Assembly (NCBI RefSeq): GCF_036321535.1
Contig: NC_087437.1
Span: 101,062,001-101,126,000, forward strand
Length of the DNA stretch: 64,000 nucleotides
Direction of reading: 5' to 3'
DNA from: Camelus dromedarius
Taxonomy: Eukaryota
The notes below the pieces were generated by a model that saw only the letters and a list, made by a program, of their open reading frames with translations, did not search any database and was not told where the DNA came from. Shown here in pieces: positions 25,102 to 37,252 of this stretch. Made by a program: the position numbers and the translations under genes. The first letter of the stretch is position 1; each line of letters opens with the position of its first letter.

Positions 25102-25600
25102 TGGGGCCAACTTCATGAGTGCGAGCCTGATGCATTTGCACAGGGCCCCTCTTTGAAAAGGTTCAACACTAGGGTTTAATGCTCTGGAATGGCTGTCTTG
25201 AAATTCTTAATAAATTAATCTTTGAATTTGAGTTTTATAAGTCAAGTCCAATGGGGCAATGGAGCACGCACTAGGGGCTTGGAACCTCAGTTCACATGTA
25301 GTCCTGCATCCTTCTTTTTCCTCCCTAAAACAGGGTCTCAGCCATCTACTCTCTGCTTTCTGATACCCCAGGTCTGCCTGGCTTCAGTCACCTCACCCAT
25401 GCCTTGAGAATACTGTAGCTGTCCACTCAGAGCAGTGACAAGGCTGCATGGGTGGAGAAGACCCATGTTCCACACTGGCAAGAGCTTCTAAGTATGGAAA
25501 GACTCAGGGTCCAGCACCGGCTGTTTCTGCCGCAGGCTGGTAGCACCATGGCATATTTGGTAGGTGAACTGGTGGGGCTCTCACCCACCCCCAGTTTGTG
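25102..25600 (+). mobile_element. hAT-Tip100 DNA transposon end (Zaphod/MER91-like)
   Basis: ggggccaacttcatg..gcacagggcccc..ggtttaatgctctg..gtcttgaaattcttaataa..atggggcaatggagcacgc matches the recalled MER91/Zaphod 5' end. 3' limit approximate. Confidence 0.7.
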
Positions 25601-25814
25601 GTTTGGGGCAGTGGGCCTGTGAGAAGGGGAGACTGATTTATTCACCCTTGACTAGGGCCCTCTAGTTTGATTTTAAGCTGGGCCTCACATTTTATGTCAC
25701 AATTCCTGGCCTCACCCACCATTGATAGTCTATTCCTCTTAGCTGTGGCCTTGAGTCTCAGATTCCAGTTTGACAAAATTCCCTCCCAAGCCATCTTCTG
25801 ACAGCTGGGGGATA

Positions 25815-26040
25815 TTGACCAATATATGTTGAGTACTTGCAATTCGTTAGCCCCTGTGCTAAGCGCTCACAGTTTAAAATCTCGTTTCCTGCTCACCACC
25901 ACCTCATCATACAACTCCTCCTATTAACCCCGTGTAATGGATGGAAGCACAGACAGTCTAGGACATGTCACTAAGCTCTCATAGCCAGGAAGGTTCACAT
26001 CTAGAATTCAAACCCAGAATGTTTGATTTACAAAATCATT
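25815..26040 (-). mobile_element. MIR
   Basis: ttgagtactt..cctgtgctaagcgct..tagaattcaaacccag (antisense MIR). Confidence 0.7.
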
Positions 26041-26074
26041 TAAGTTCTGCCTCATGTCAAAAGTGGGCTAGATC

Positions 26075-26633
26075 CAGCTTAAATGCCCACTGACAGATGA
26101 CTGGATAAAGAAGATGTGGTATATAGATATAATGGAATACTACTCAGCCATAAAAAAGAATGAAATAATGCCATTTGCAGCAACATGGATGGATCTAGAG
26201 ATTATCACACTAAGTGAGGTAAATCAGACAGAGAAAGAAATATTCCATATGATAATAACTTATATGTGGATTCTAAAAAAATGGCACAAATGAATTTATT
26301 TACAAAATAGAAATAGACTCACAGACGTAGAGAACAAACTTATGGTTACCAGAGGGGGAAGGGAGAGGTGGAGGGATAAACTGGGAGTTCGGGATTTGCA
26401 GATACAAGCTACTATATATAAAACAGATAGACAAGGTCCAACTGTCTAGCACAGGGAACTATAGTCAATAGCTTGTAATAGACTATAATGGAAAAGAATA
26501 TGAAAAAGAATATATATATGTATAACTGAACCACTATGCTGTATACCAGAAATTAATACAACATTGTAAACTAACTATATTTCAATTAAAAAAATATGTA
26601 TTATATATGTGTGTGTGTGTGTGTGTGTGTATT
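26075..26633 (+). mobile_element. 5'-truncated young L1 (cetartiodactyl type) with 12-bp TSD; tail converted to (TA)n(TG)n
   Basis: aatggaatactactcagccataaaaaagaatgaaataatgccatttgcagcaacatggatgg. TSD gtgggctagatc at 26063-26074 and 26634-26645. Confidence 0.95.
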
Positions 26634-28297
26634 GTGGGCTAGATCAACACCAAGACCAGAAAAGGAGTCTCAGATTTCAGTTTGAAATGAGGCTGTGGAC
26701 TGTACTTTAAAGAGACTAGTGTGACTATGACTGATGGGTTTAACTGTGGGCTTGAGGTGAATCCTAGGAAAACTCAACAAAGAACAAAAAGAACTTTTAA
26801 TTGGCCTCAGGTCTGTTTCTGAAAGAAGATCTTTCAGGCTTATCCGTGCATCTGGCTCAGAGAAGCAGGGTGTAATTTAGGAACCAAGAAGCAGCCGTGT
26901 AATCTCATCAAACCCATTGGTGGTGCTGCCAAGTCAGAGGACCTGAGCTCCCTCTCCTGCCTGCACAGAGCTCTGGCAGGAGGCTGGCCCAGGAAACCCT
27001 CCTTGTGTTGCCTGGAGCAGGAGGAGCAGCTGGTGCCAACACAGCAGAGGGGCTGCTCATCACGTGGGGCTGCCTGAACCCTGGTTCCTCCATGTGCTGC
27101 TCTTTACGCTGACTCCTTGGTGGCCGTTGTTCAAGAGTAAATGGAAAGGCTCCTTAAAAGCCTCTCCTAAGGCCTGTCTGTCAAATGAATAATAATAATC
27201 TGGGTGGCAAGATGTGCCCCCTAATGGTGTTCATGGTGACCAAGAGCTCCCAAGGCGAGGCTAATTCAACCAGCCATGCTTTCGTGGGGCAAATCTCTGC
27301 CCAGAAGGAACCGAGACATCCTCAGTGCATCAGGGGCTTGGAAGCTGCCCTTCCCTGGATCTTTAGGTTTTGTTGGGTGACGCCCCTCACCCCTCCACCC
27401 ACCTACCCACCCTGATATATACCCATCCTAGTCCCCTAGAGTCACAGACTCCTTACGCGGGAGACTTGGAGCCCAAAGAGATGACTGGAGACTTGGTCTC
27501 AGATAAGCAAAAGTTGAACTGAGTCAGACTCAATCTAGGAGTCTACATCAGAAAAATAAATGCCTGCATCCCAGACTCATAGCTTGGGGCAGGCCTCTTC
27601 ATCTCATTCCATCTTGGGAGGGTGTCTAGGTCCTTACTTCTAGGAGAACAGCTCCCAGCATTCTTTGCTGAGGAGATCTCTTTCCTCCTTTGCCCCTGTG
27701 TTCCAGGCATCCGAGCATCACCTCACCTGATAGTGCTGAATGCCTCCATTCTGTGCTTTGCAACCAACCACATCATCACATATGCATGTCCTTGACGATG
27801 TATACTGTGATTCAGCCATCATATGGAAGATTCTTCGTGCAAAGACACTACATTCGCCATAAAATCCTTGAGCTTAAGTGGTATGCAAAGTCCTGGGCTG
27901 TCTCTTCATGGTGCAGCCTGTGGCCTTGGAGGCCTCTAGTTCCCTCCAGCAGAGGGGCCTGGGGTCAGGTGTGTGAATGGCTGCTTTTCTCCAGCTCAGA
28001 TCATACATAACTAAAGTATCGATGCAACTCAGAACAAAATTGTAATTCACAGATTTGTATATTAACCTCAGGCAATCAAGATGTTATTGTAGATACTGCT
28101 GTAGGAATATGTTTCTGTGGAATTGTCTTCCTCTGTTTATCGTTCTTTTAAAGACAGTAATTACAAATTCATCCCCCCTCAAAAAAAGTCAAATTGATTT
28201 CTGAGTAGTGTTCTCAGTGACATAGAAAGTAAGCCTAACCTTAAGATACAAGGTAAAACACTGAAAACGAAGTCTCATCAAGGTTGAAATTTGAATA

Positions 28298-28795
28298 TGT
28301 GAATGAAAAATACTGCAAACCATATCAGTAAACAAAGAATGCTGAAGCCATCAAGTCATCAGTGGCTGCTGCCACCCTGCAGTGAAGACAAGCCTGCAGT
28401 CCGGGCCTCTGCAGCCACTCCCAATGGTGCACCCTGAGGGGACTCAGAATAAGAAAGGACAGGATACTGGCCCTAGATAGCTAGGTGCTTGTCAAAGGAA
28501 TGGATTCAATGAGCCCAAAGGTTTGCTTCCTCCCATACATAGAAAAGCACTAAATTCTTTAACTTGAAATGCCTGGTTTTCTTTAGTTACAAGTAATCTT
28601 TTATCATTCTAACTACCTGGTCTTTGTTGTAAAGCTCCTGTGTATCCTAGCTCCTCCCCTACCTCTCTAGAGCAGTCCCTCAGAGCCATCTGAGAGGCTG
28701 TCATCCTGGGCTCGAAGGGGTTCAAGTCCTCAGAAACATCCACTAAATAAAACATAACCCTCAGCTTTTAAGTTGTGCATTTATTTCAGTCGAAA
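28298..28795 (+). mobile_element. Solo ERV1 LTR
   Basis: Starts TG (tgtgaatg), has AATAAA at ~28746, and ends ttcagtcgaaa (terminal CA mutated). 4-bp TSD aata (28294-28297, 28796-28799). Confidence 0.8.
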
Positions 28796-28875
28796 AATAG
28801 AATTAAAAAGTTAGGTAAATAAAGAATGAGAAGAAGCTGAAAGGTGAAAAGAAGAAAAGCTTTTTGTAGAGGAAA

Positions 28876-29313
28876 TGTTACCAAGAAAGTTAACACTGCC
28901 CTATTCGCATAGATGCCAAGACTACGGCACTGGTTTTGGAGAAAAGAAAGATCTTTATTTTAAGGTCAACGGGCAAGGAGACAGAAGGCAGGGCTCAAAT
29001 CTGTCTCCCTGATCTGGGGTTGGGTCAAACTTGTCTGGGTTAGTGGGGAGAGTTGGTATGTCAGAGCAGTGGGGCTTCGGCACTGGATCTTTCTGGGCAA
29101 CAGACCCTTGGGGTCTTGTTTGTGCCCTGTCTTTTGGTTCTTGGGCGGGGGGGGGGTGGACTTTGGCCCCAGGTATCATTTGAAGTCAGAATTGTCTCTT
29201 CTGCACGTGCTTCAGCTGCATGACTTCCAGTCCTGCTCTGTTGTCTCTGAAAAACAACTCAGTATCCTGTTAGAAACAGGACAGGGCCAGTTTGGTCTCC
29301 GTCTGTGGTTACA
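28876..29313 (-). mobile_element. Solo ERV1 LTR
   Basis: TG...CA termini, 4-bp TSD gaaa (28872-28875, 29314-29317), AATAAA on minus at ~28954-28959. Confidence 0.88.
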
Positions 29314-30484
29314 GAAATAGCTCAGGAGAAGGCTCGGAGGGGAGGAAGTATGGTACACTTAGAAAAATGGTGAAGAAGCCACATGAATAAAAACACGGGG
29401 GATTTCTTCAAATGGGGCCGCCTCAGCTGAAAGAGAAGTGGCTCACTCTAATCTCCTCCACCTACCTGCTTCTTTCAGCCAAGAAGCTATTTTGGACTTT
29501 GAGATCTGGCTCCATCTCAGATCAGAAGATATTACCAAGTTATATATATATATCCCAGAAAACAATGATACAAGAAATCAGGAAGCTATGAAAAGCTGGT
29601 AAGGCATGAAGACGTTCAGATAAGAATGAGGACTTAAATAAAAGACTTAAACTGTGAGCAGGAACCCAGCGTAACAAGTAGGGGAGGTATACTGAGATTT
29701 AGCAATTTTTAGACCAGTTATGTCCAGGCATCAGACTCTTAGCAGAGTCGCGCTGGGGCTGGACTTACTGTATTACTAATGGAGTCTTGCTTCAGTTCTG
29801 ATCCAGATGGATCCACCGATTCCCAGAACTCTGATTAGAGTTAGAAGCAGTTATAGCCTCAGGTGAAAGTGTGACCTTTGGAAATGTGACCTGAGACGTG
29901 GGTTCTGGTATTGCTCTTCTTCTAATGGCACCAATGTTCTCCGACATCTAATTTATTCTGATTACCACCATTCTCATTACAGGGAATTTATTTACTATTT
30001 ATGGTCTGTTGACCTTAAACGATTATAAAGAAACAAGTACAATGAAAGTGCCATTCCATTAAAATAATGGAACAATTAGCACACAAGGGAGTTGAACAGA
30101 TCTGAAATTCACAGCTATTCCTCTAATTTAAGCTTTATTCATATATTCTTACTTTCCCCCTAAATGTCTTTTAATAAACCAGCTAAACAACTATTTTTTC
30201 TCTTTTTGATTTTCCTTTTCATTCCCACTTTGACACCTTTACTCGTGATATTTTCTTAATGAAAACATTCTCTCTGGGATATGAACTCATTGTATTAATG
30301 TTTGTTATTCAACAGGCATCTCAAATGTAATGTAGATGGCTCGAGAGAAAAAAAAGACTCCATGAAGCCTTCCTTAGTATTTCCACCCATATATTATCTT
30401 TCTTTCCTTTGATTCTCCATAACACTTTGCATTACTATTAGCATGTGAAAGACACAATGAACCTAAGATGTATTTTACTCATTT

Positions 30485-30905
30485 GTGAGGTAGGTGCTGG
30501 GAGGTACCTCCTAGAGCTCTTTTCAGAAATAAATAACATTCTTTCAGCTGCTGAGAGAGGGACTGCAGACAGCCCTCAGATGTCATCCAAGTTTAAGGAT
30601 GGCTTCATCTGGAGAGCAGAGCCTGGCCAAGGGTGTGCTCCACTCCCTGCAGCCTGCATCAGTGATTGAGTCATCAGTGGATGGGAACACCAGCCCCATT
30701 TCTCCAAATGCAGACCACTTTGAAAGAGTTCCTTGTAAATCAGCTTCAAAGTCCTTCGCTGAGACTGTGTCACAGAGCAACTCCTCCCCCTGCTCGGTCC
30801 CGCTCCCTGCGCTTTTCTTTCGTAGGCGTTAATCCTACAAATTTCCCCGCTAAGTCCTGTGTGTGTAAACTTTATCTCATAACGTGCTTCTTGGGGGAAT
30901 CCAAA
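30485..30905 (+). mobile_element. LTR16-like ERVL solo LTR
   Basis: ctgctgagag..gacagccctcag; ctgagactgtgtcacag..ctcctccccctgctc; 3' end aactttatctca..tgcttcttgggggaatcc. Confidence 0.65.
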
Positions 30906-30919
30906 TTCTTGGGGGAATC

Positions 30920-31280
30920 ATCATTCACTCACTGGAACATACATCAAACTGTTCATAAGTGACAAATATTCACCACTTTATATGCAAGACATAGTTCTAA
31001 GTGTGGTGGGAAAAACAAAGAAGAAACAGAAATTGCTCCTGTTCTCAAAATTCTAGGATGAGAAATGAATGAAACATGTACCGAAAAGGCACCAAGTGAG
31101 TAAAACACACGGCTAAGCAACGTGGGGATTCAGATACACGAATCACACCTGTGTACTTCTTACCTCCTAGGAGGGTTGTCAGCTCTTTTGCGGCAAGAGT
31201 AGGTTTTCATAGACTTTTGCTCCCTGCTGTATCCAGTGTCTTGAATAAAACTAATACTCGGTGTGCAACTGTTGAATTGA
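30920..31280. mobile_element. L2 3'-end fragments (both orientations)
   Basis: tcattcactca..tatgcaagacatagttctaagtg..gctcctgttctcaa (antisense L2) and ctgctgtatccagtgtc..tgttgaattga (sense L2 tail). Confidence 0.5.
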
Positions 31281-32699
31281 TCTCATATTGGATTGTTGTG
31301 AAAAAAATTAAAAATCTGCAAGAAACATTCAACAGACACTTCCTTACACAATGACTTTGACTCAAACTATGAATTAATTTGAAAGCCTGGGGAGTCATTT
31401 TATTCTTGTGTTTGTTTACTATTGAAAACAAGAATTATCGCTAAATAACCCTGAGTCAGAAATGTCAATGCTAAAACCCAAAAAAAGTGCTGAGGTTCAC
31501 ATAAGGGACCTTATGAAGGGAACAATATTCATAATTTCAGAGGCTCTCAGATTGATTGGTTCAGTTTTCTAGACAGATAGGTAGCGCCCTGCATTTACAA
31601 TCATACAGAAGCTATTCTGCATTTTTCCAATTCTAATTTGGGTCATCTCTAACATAAACTCCCTGCAAGGCTAATGCACAAGACCATTACTTACCTATTT
31701 TTTACAGCAAGTTGCTCCAGAAATTTTGAGATGGTTATATGGGTCACTAAGTGCTTAGTCTCAGGGAAGGAGAGTTGTATGTCAATGTCCTGGAGAATTA
31801 TCTTATTTAACCTAAAGAAAGTCTTGTTCTGTTTAGAAGAAACAGATAACAATGTGGTTCAATAGCTGTGTAGGAAAATAAAGAATTAAATTTATTTGTT
31901 GAGTGTATTGCTAAATAGCTATTTTTTTTTTTTTTAGTTTTGTCAGACAAATATAAGATAGCCAAAGTAATTCTACAAACATTAATTTATAATTTATTTC
32001 ACTAAACATTGGTATTTGCTAAATATGTTATATTCATATGTAATGCCATCCATCAATATGACCAAACATACAGAGATGTTTATTTCAAGAAAGTAAGTAT
32101 ATATAGTTAAACTAGACAAAAAGAAAAGAAAAGAAAGAAAGTGATAGTGATTATTCTGGATTTTCAGCAAACTGTATTCAGTGGTGAAATCAAAAGCGAA
32201 AAAATATGTAGTTAAGTTTTGAACCCCCCAATATGAAAACATGATGACTGTAAGTTCATAAGTTTTAAATTCACGTCCAGATTGAAAATTTTACAAGCAT
32301 TTTAACTTTTATTCCCACCCTCCTCCCACAAATGACTGAGGATGGGTCTATGTGAGATCTCATTTCTATTCCCTGTTGTCTGTTCAATGACTTTTTTGAA
32401 TTCCTTAATTAAAGGAGAACAGTTGATCAATGACTCATGAGCAATTTATTTTTCAAAAATGTCAAAACACATGATTACAAAAAAATGTTTTTATAAGCTT
32501 AGATACTAATGCCTACATTTCTCCTTCGTCCTGATAGACTTGGCATCTACCCAGTAAAAATAGTTTTTTTCTTCTTATAAAAGGCACCATAACCATCCAA
32601 AATGAAAAGATCATTCCAAAAGCTTAGTATTTTGAAAATGCAAATGATGATTACATGTATATAATGTTGTACACCTGCTTAACGTTTTGCTCTAAGAGA

Positions 32700-33900
32700 A
32701 TCTTGGCTCTGCTAAGAATGCTACTTCCCGTCCATGCTGAAATGGTGGTGTTCTTCTCCCACATTTTTAATACCATAGATTTTGAAGAGGAAGAAGAAGT
32801 TCCTTTCGTCTTGTTGTGTATCTAGGACTTTCTCCTTTCCCCCTGCTTTGAATCTCTGGTCATCTGACTGTATCGGCCAAAACTCCCCCTGCTGCAGTTA
32901 CTGCCCCATATCCTGGTCACTCCCTTCTCCCATCCACAAACACACCCCATGACTTTCTTGAAGATTTTTTTACCTGAGTCACTGCCATCTCCTAATGCTT
33001 ACTGTTACAATCCTTATCTTACAGTTCCGCATCAGTGATCCTTCAAATCACTTGGATTCTCAGTGTCTTAACTTCTTTTCCTCCAATGATCTTGTGATCT
33101 TGATCTCCAATCTCCATCAGTCTGTTCCCAGTTCTTACACTGGTCTGGGTATTGTTATCAGCATTACTTACAACTCTTTCCCAACTCCAGGATCAAATTA
33201 TGCATTCACTCTCTGAACACCACCTCCTATCTTTCTATAGCATTTTCTACAACATCCTATCTTTCAGACAAATCCTGTAGCTACAATTCAGTGATTCTGC
33301 TACATTTTCACTGAGACCCTTCTCTCGTGTTTTTCTCACACAGGTTAAACTTCGTGGTTCATGTATAAACACTAACTGAATCTTTAATTCTCTATTCCTT
33401 CTTTTATGTTGAACAAAAATCTAGCACTTCACTTATTTCTATATAGATGAATAAGGGTATCTGGTCTCACTTTACCTTCATGACCATTTATGCCAAATGG
33501 ACCCTACTGGCTCCTGTCTGTGGGGCTGCATGTCCCTGCTCCAGTCATTCTCCTGATCTCCTAGACAACTACTTTATTGCCTTTTCTATTCCCAAACCTC
33601 CAACTCTCCCCTGAATTATTACATCTGATGATTTTGCTTTCCTTTACAGTGAGAAAAGAAAAATGCATATAGAAGATTGCTTCTGAAAGCTTCCATCATT
33701 ACACCTACTCAATGAATTGAATCTGTGCAGTACATTCTTTCCACTCTGTTTCTCTGGATGAAAAATCTTGGCTCCACATAAGCTTAACACTTACCTTCAT
33801 TTGGCACTGATTCCATTATTTGATTCTTTGTCATCTTATCAAGGACAATATCTTGGAACCTCTCTCTCTCTCCCTCTCGCTCTTAATGATTTCTATTCTC
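32700..33900 (+). mobile_element. Decayed L2 ORF2 (endonuclease region) fragment
   Basis: Pyrimidine-rich L2-like blocks: ggtggtgttcttct.., gatccttcaaat..ttctcagt..cttttcctccaatgatctt, ctctctgaacaccacctcctatc. Confidence 0.6.
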
Positions 33901-34559
33901 AAGAAAGTACACCACATTATTCCACAGGCATAACTGACATAAATAACAACTTGATATTATTCCACTCCAAAGAAAAAAGTATCCAATTGATGCTCATTCT
34001 TTTCACTGGTCCAATCTGTTCTCCTACCATGCTAGTCTAGCAGGATAATCTTAACAGTAGACTGGTGAGAAACTTATGGTACTTTGCTCTTTCCGTTTTA
34101 GGTGCTTCATACATGTTTAAATTGATCAGATAATACATCAGTATGAAGTGTTAAAGCAAAATTAGAAGAGGTTTGAATATTAATCAAAAAAGACTGGCTC
34201 AGAACCCAAGACACCACCACTAGGTGTATCAAAAGAGTAAAACTATCCTTTGTCTCTTCCACGTGAACATGCAAGTTCTTGTGTCTGTAGGTAGCTGTAT
34301 CTGTAATCCCCTCAACAGTATCCTTTTCTGGGGTATTGGATGTAATTATTCTTTTTTGGTGACCCCCCCCCCAAAAGTTCTTTACAATCAGTGTCCTTTG
34401 AGTTGCACCGACCACAAAGGTAATACCAGAGAGGCATGATGTAGACAAAGTCAAACAAATACTGTCTCATAATTCAAGTTGATTAAATCATAAAAGAGGG
34501 ATGCTTTTACACCACAGACGGCAAACTAGTGGAACACAACTCTGGAGGGTTTTCATGAT

Positions 34560-34780
34560 GATTTTTGGGAAGAGGTGATTTTATGGGAAGAGATACCTGC
34601 TACTGAAATCAAGAAATCTAAGAGGCAATGACAGACATATTGCTGAGGATGTTGTCTGAACACCTGGGAGTCGTTTTTTCTAAGCCATTCTTCCTTGAAT
34701 TTCTATTTCAATGGACATAGTGCCAATGGATTTCAAGTTTGATTTAGGTTTCTGCTGCTTAAGAAGGAAAAGTCTTGATG
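34560..34780 (+). mobile_element. Old MaLR LTR 3' fragment (MLT1K/L-like)
   Basis: tctgaacacctgg..aagccattcttccttgaatttct..tttaggtttctgctgctt..aaaagtcttga. Confidence 0.4.
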
Positions 34781-35429
34781 TCTTGGTTAACACAGACATA
34801 AAGAGAAAATAGAATAGGACTGGACACTACACAAACAGTTTAAAGTGATGGAAGAGTGGCTCTAAGACATAGTTTCTGTACGTTGGAGCTGGTCAAGAAT
34901 TGGTGAGCTTGGAATTAATAAAATAAATTTTTTATAACTGCACTGAAATATGTACATTTTATGTGCTTTGTGTTGCCCTGTCCCAGCATTCAGATAAGGG
35001 GCACGTTGAGAAGAATGAAGGAAATGTGCAGAGACAAGCCAAAGAGAACCAAAGACCCCCTTCCTTTCCTACAAGACCTGGTTCTCCAGTTTTATTTTTG
35101 AGATCCTAATTAAGAGTCCAGAAAACATTCCACTATCCTTTAAATAATTTTATTTTAACTTAAATTTTAGTTATGTTTCTCTTACTTCAACCAAAAATAG
35201 ACCTAACTACAGGACAACTTACAGTGTCAGTAAAACTTATGATGTACTAAGCTGATAGGTACAGAGAGAGGCATAAAAAAAGTGTGTCAACATTTCAGAG
35301 AGGGATTTGATCAAATTTTTCATAATGTGTTTATGTTCGAAAGGAGAACTATGTGATAATTTAAATCACAGAAGTGTGTTTTTTACTGTGGCAGCAGGAA
35401 AACGGTACCCTATTAATGATGCTTTTTGA

Positions 35430-36330
35430 CAGTTTTCAGCCTCATGTTACAGGGTTCCACACTAAACTTTGTTCTTGTCAACAGTTTTTTAATTAAAAAG
35501 GTGATGAGGATATTGATGGCATGCTTATCAAAATCAAACATAGCATCGACGTGGGAGGAATAGAATGTATAAGCTGGCAGAATTAATGTTTTTGAAAAAA
35601 AAGTGTACTAAAAACTACCATGTAAAATTTAACAAAGATAATTGTAAACACTGCAATTATGCCCCCCCCAAAACAATCCTATGAGACAAGTAAAAGGTAG
35701 GGATAGATATATCTAAATAGCAGAATAGGTTAAAAGATTAATTATTTTGGGTAATTAATTATTTTGGGTAACTAAGCTCTTTTAATTCAGCGATATGAAG
35801 ATGCTTAAAGCAGTATTCAGCAGTATTAATAAAAGTACTGTGCCTAGAACTATGCCTTAGTCAGAATACATGTGGGACAGTTTACATGGCGGGTTGACAC
35901 AGTAGAGCACATCCAGAGAAGAATACTCTGATTGATGAACTTGTAGAAAACATTGCACATTTTGACCAACAGTTGAAATCTTGACTAATTATTGTGAAGA
36001 ATTCAGGTGAGAAGGGGGTGGAAAGGATAAACTTCATGGTTGTATTCCAATGCAACAAAAGATTACCGTGTGGGAAAATTGTACCTATTAAATTACTATT
36101 ATATTTAAATACAAATGACATTTTCAAGTAGCAATTAGAAAGAGGTAGGAGAAAAATTCAATCCTTATGACAAAAACATATCTGAGAATTGGAGGTGTCT
36201 GAAAACGAAATACGGTGTGGCAAAAAGTTGTGAATTCTCTATTTTGCTGTTGAAGCAGAGATAGTAAAATACTAAAAGGAAGTTAGAGAGAGAGGTCCTC
36301 TATTGTGTGTAAACTTCATTAGGTTTCTAA
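35430..36330 (+). mobile_element. CR1/L3 LINE RT fragment
   Basis: atgcttatcaaaatcaaacatagcatcgacgtgggagga (35521-35559) ~ LIKFADDTKLGG. Also aaatttaacaaagataattgtaaa and catccagagaag (CR1 ORF2 motifs in order). Confidence 0.7.
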
Positions 36331-36849
36331 CTTTCTCATTAGGTTTCATTTCTAACTTTCTTTTCAATTCCAGATATTTTGACACATCAATTTCACTGTA
36401 CTGAATATAAATGTTTTCTAATATGTAGCTCTGTTTCTATAAGAAATGTTACCTGATAATTCAATTTTTGAGACATTAATGTTCAGAATATAGAAGATGA
36501 TTTTCAGAGCTTAAGTTTGAGTCAAACCACAGATATAATCACAATAAATCTTTGCCAATGGAGACAATTTCAGTTAAAAACTATATAATTGTGTACCTAA
36601 CCTGTTTGTCTACTTACCCCCTTGAGCTCAACTAAAATGATTATAAATACATTTTTGAAAATATATTATCTAAAAGGACAAATGTAAGAGGAAGAACAAA
36701 CAAGTAAAATAATATAATACAGGTTTGAAAGATGGGTGCATGTAACAGTTAAAATTCATGATGGAAGGAGTGGGGTACACACAGGGGCCACCCAATTTGC
36801 CCCCCAAGTCTCTGAGAGATTCCATGGCTTGAATCCCCCAGTGAGCCAA

Positions 36850-37252
36850 TGTATTAGAGTTCTCCAGACAAATAAAATCAATTGATGTGAACATATGGAG
36901 AAAGAAATTTATTATAAAGAATTGGCTCCTGTAATTATGGAGATTATCAAGTCCCAAATCTACAGTGATGGCCAACAAGCGGGTGGACACTCAGAACAGC
37001 AGCTGTTACGTTCCACTCCCGAGGCCAGCTGCCTGGAGACCCAGGAAAGCCTGGTGTAGGTGAAATCTGAAGGCAGTCTGCTGGAAAACTCCCTCTGGCT
37101 GGAGAAGGCTGGTCTTTTTGTTCTATTCAGGCATTCCACTGATTGGATGAAGTCTACCCACACTATGGAAGGCAATCTGCTTTACTCAGAGTTCACTGAC
37201 TTCAGTGTTAATCTCACCCCAAAACATCCTTCACATAAAATTCACCCTCACA
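36850..37252 (-). mobile_element. Solo MLT2 (ERV-L) LTR
   Basis: tgtattagagttctccaga...aaaattcaccctcaca with TG/CA termini. Degenerate 5-bp TSD gccaa/gtcag. Confidence 0.9.
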
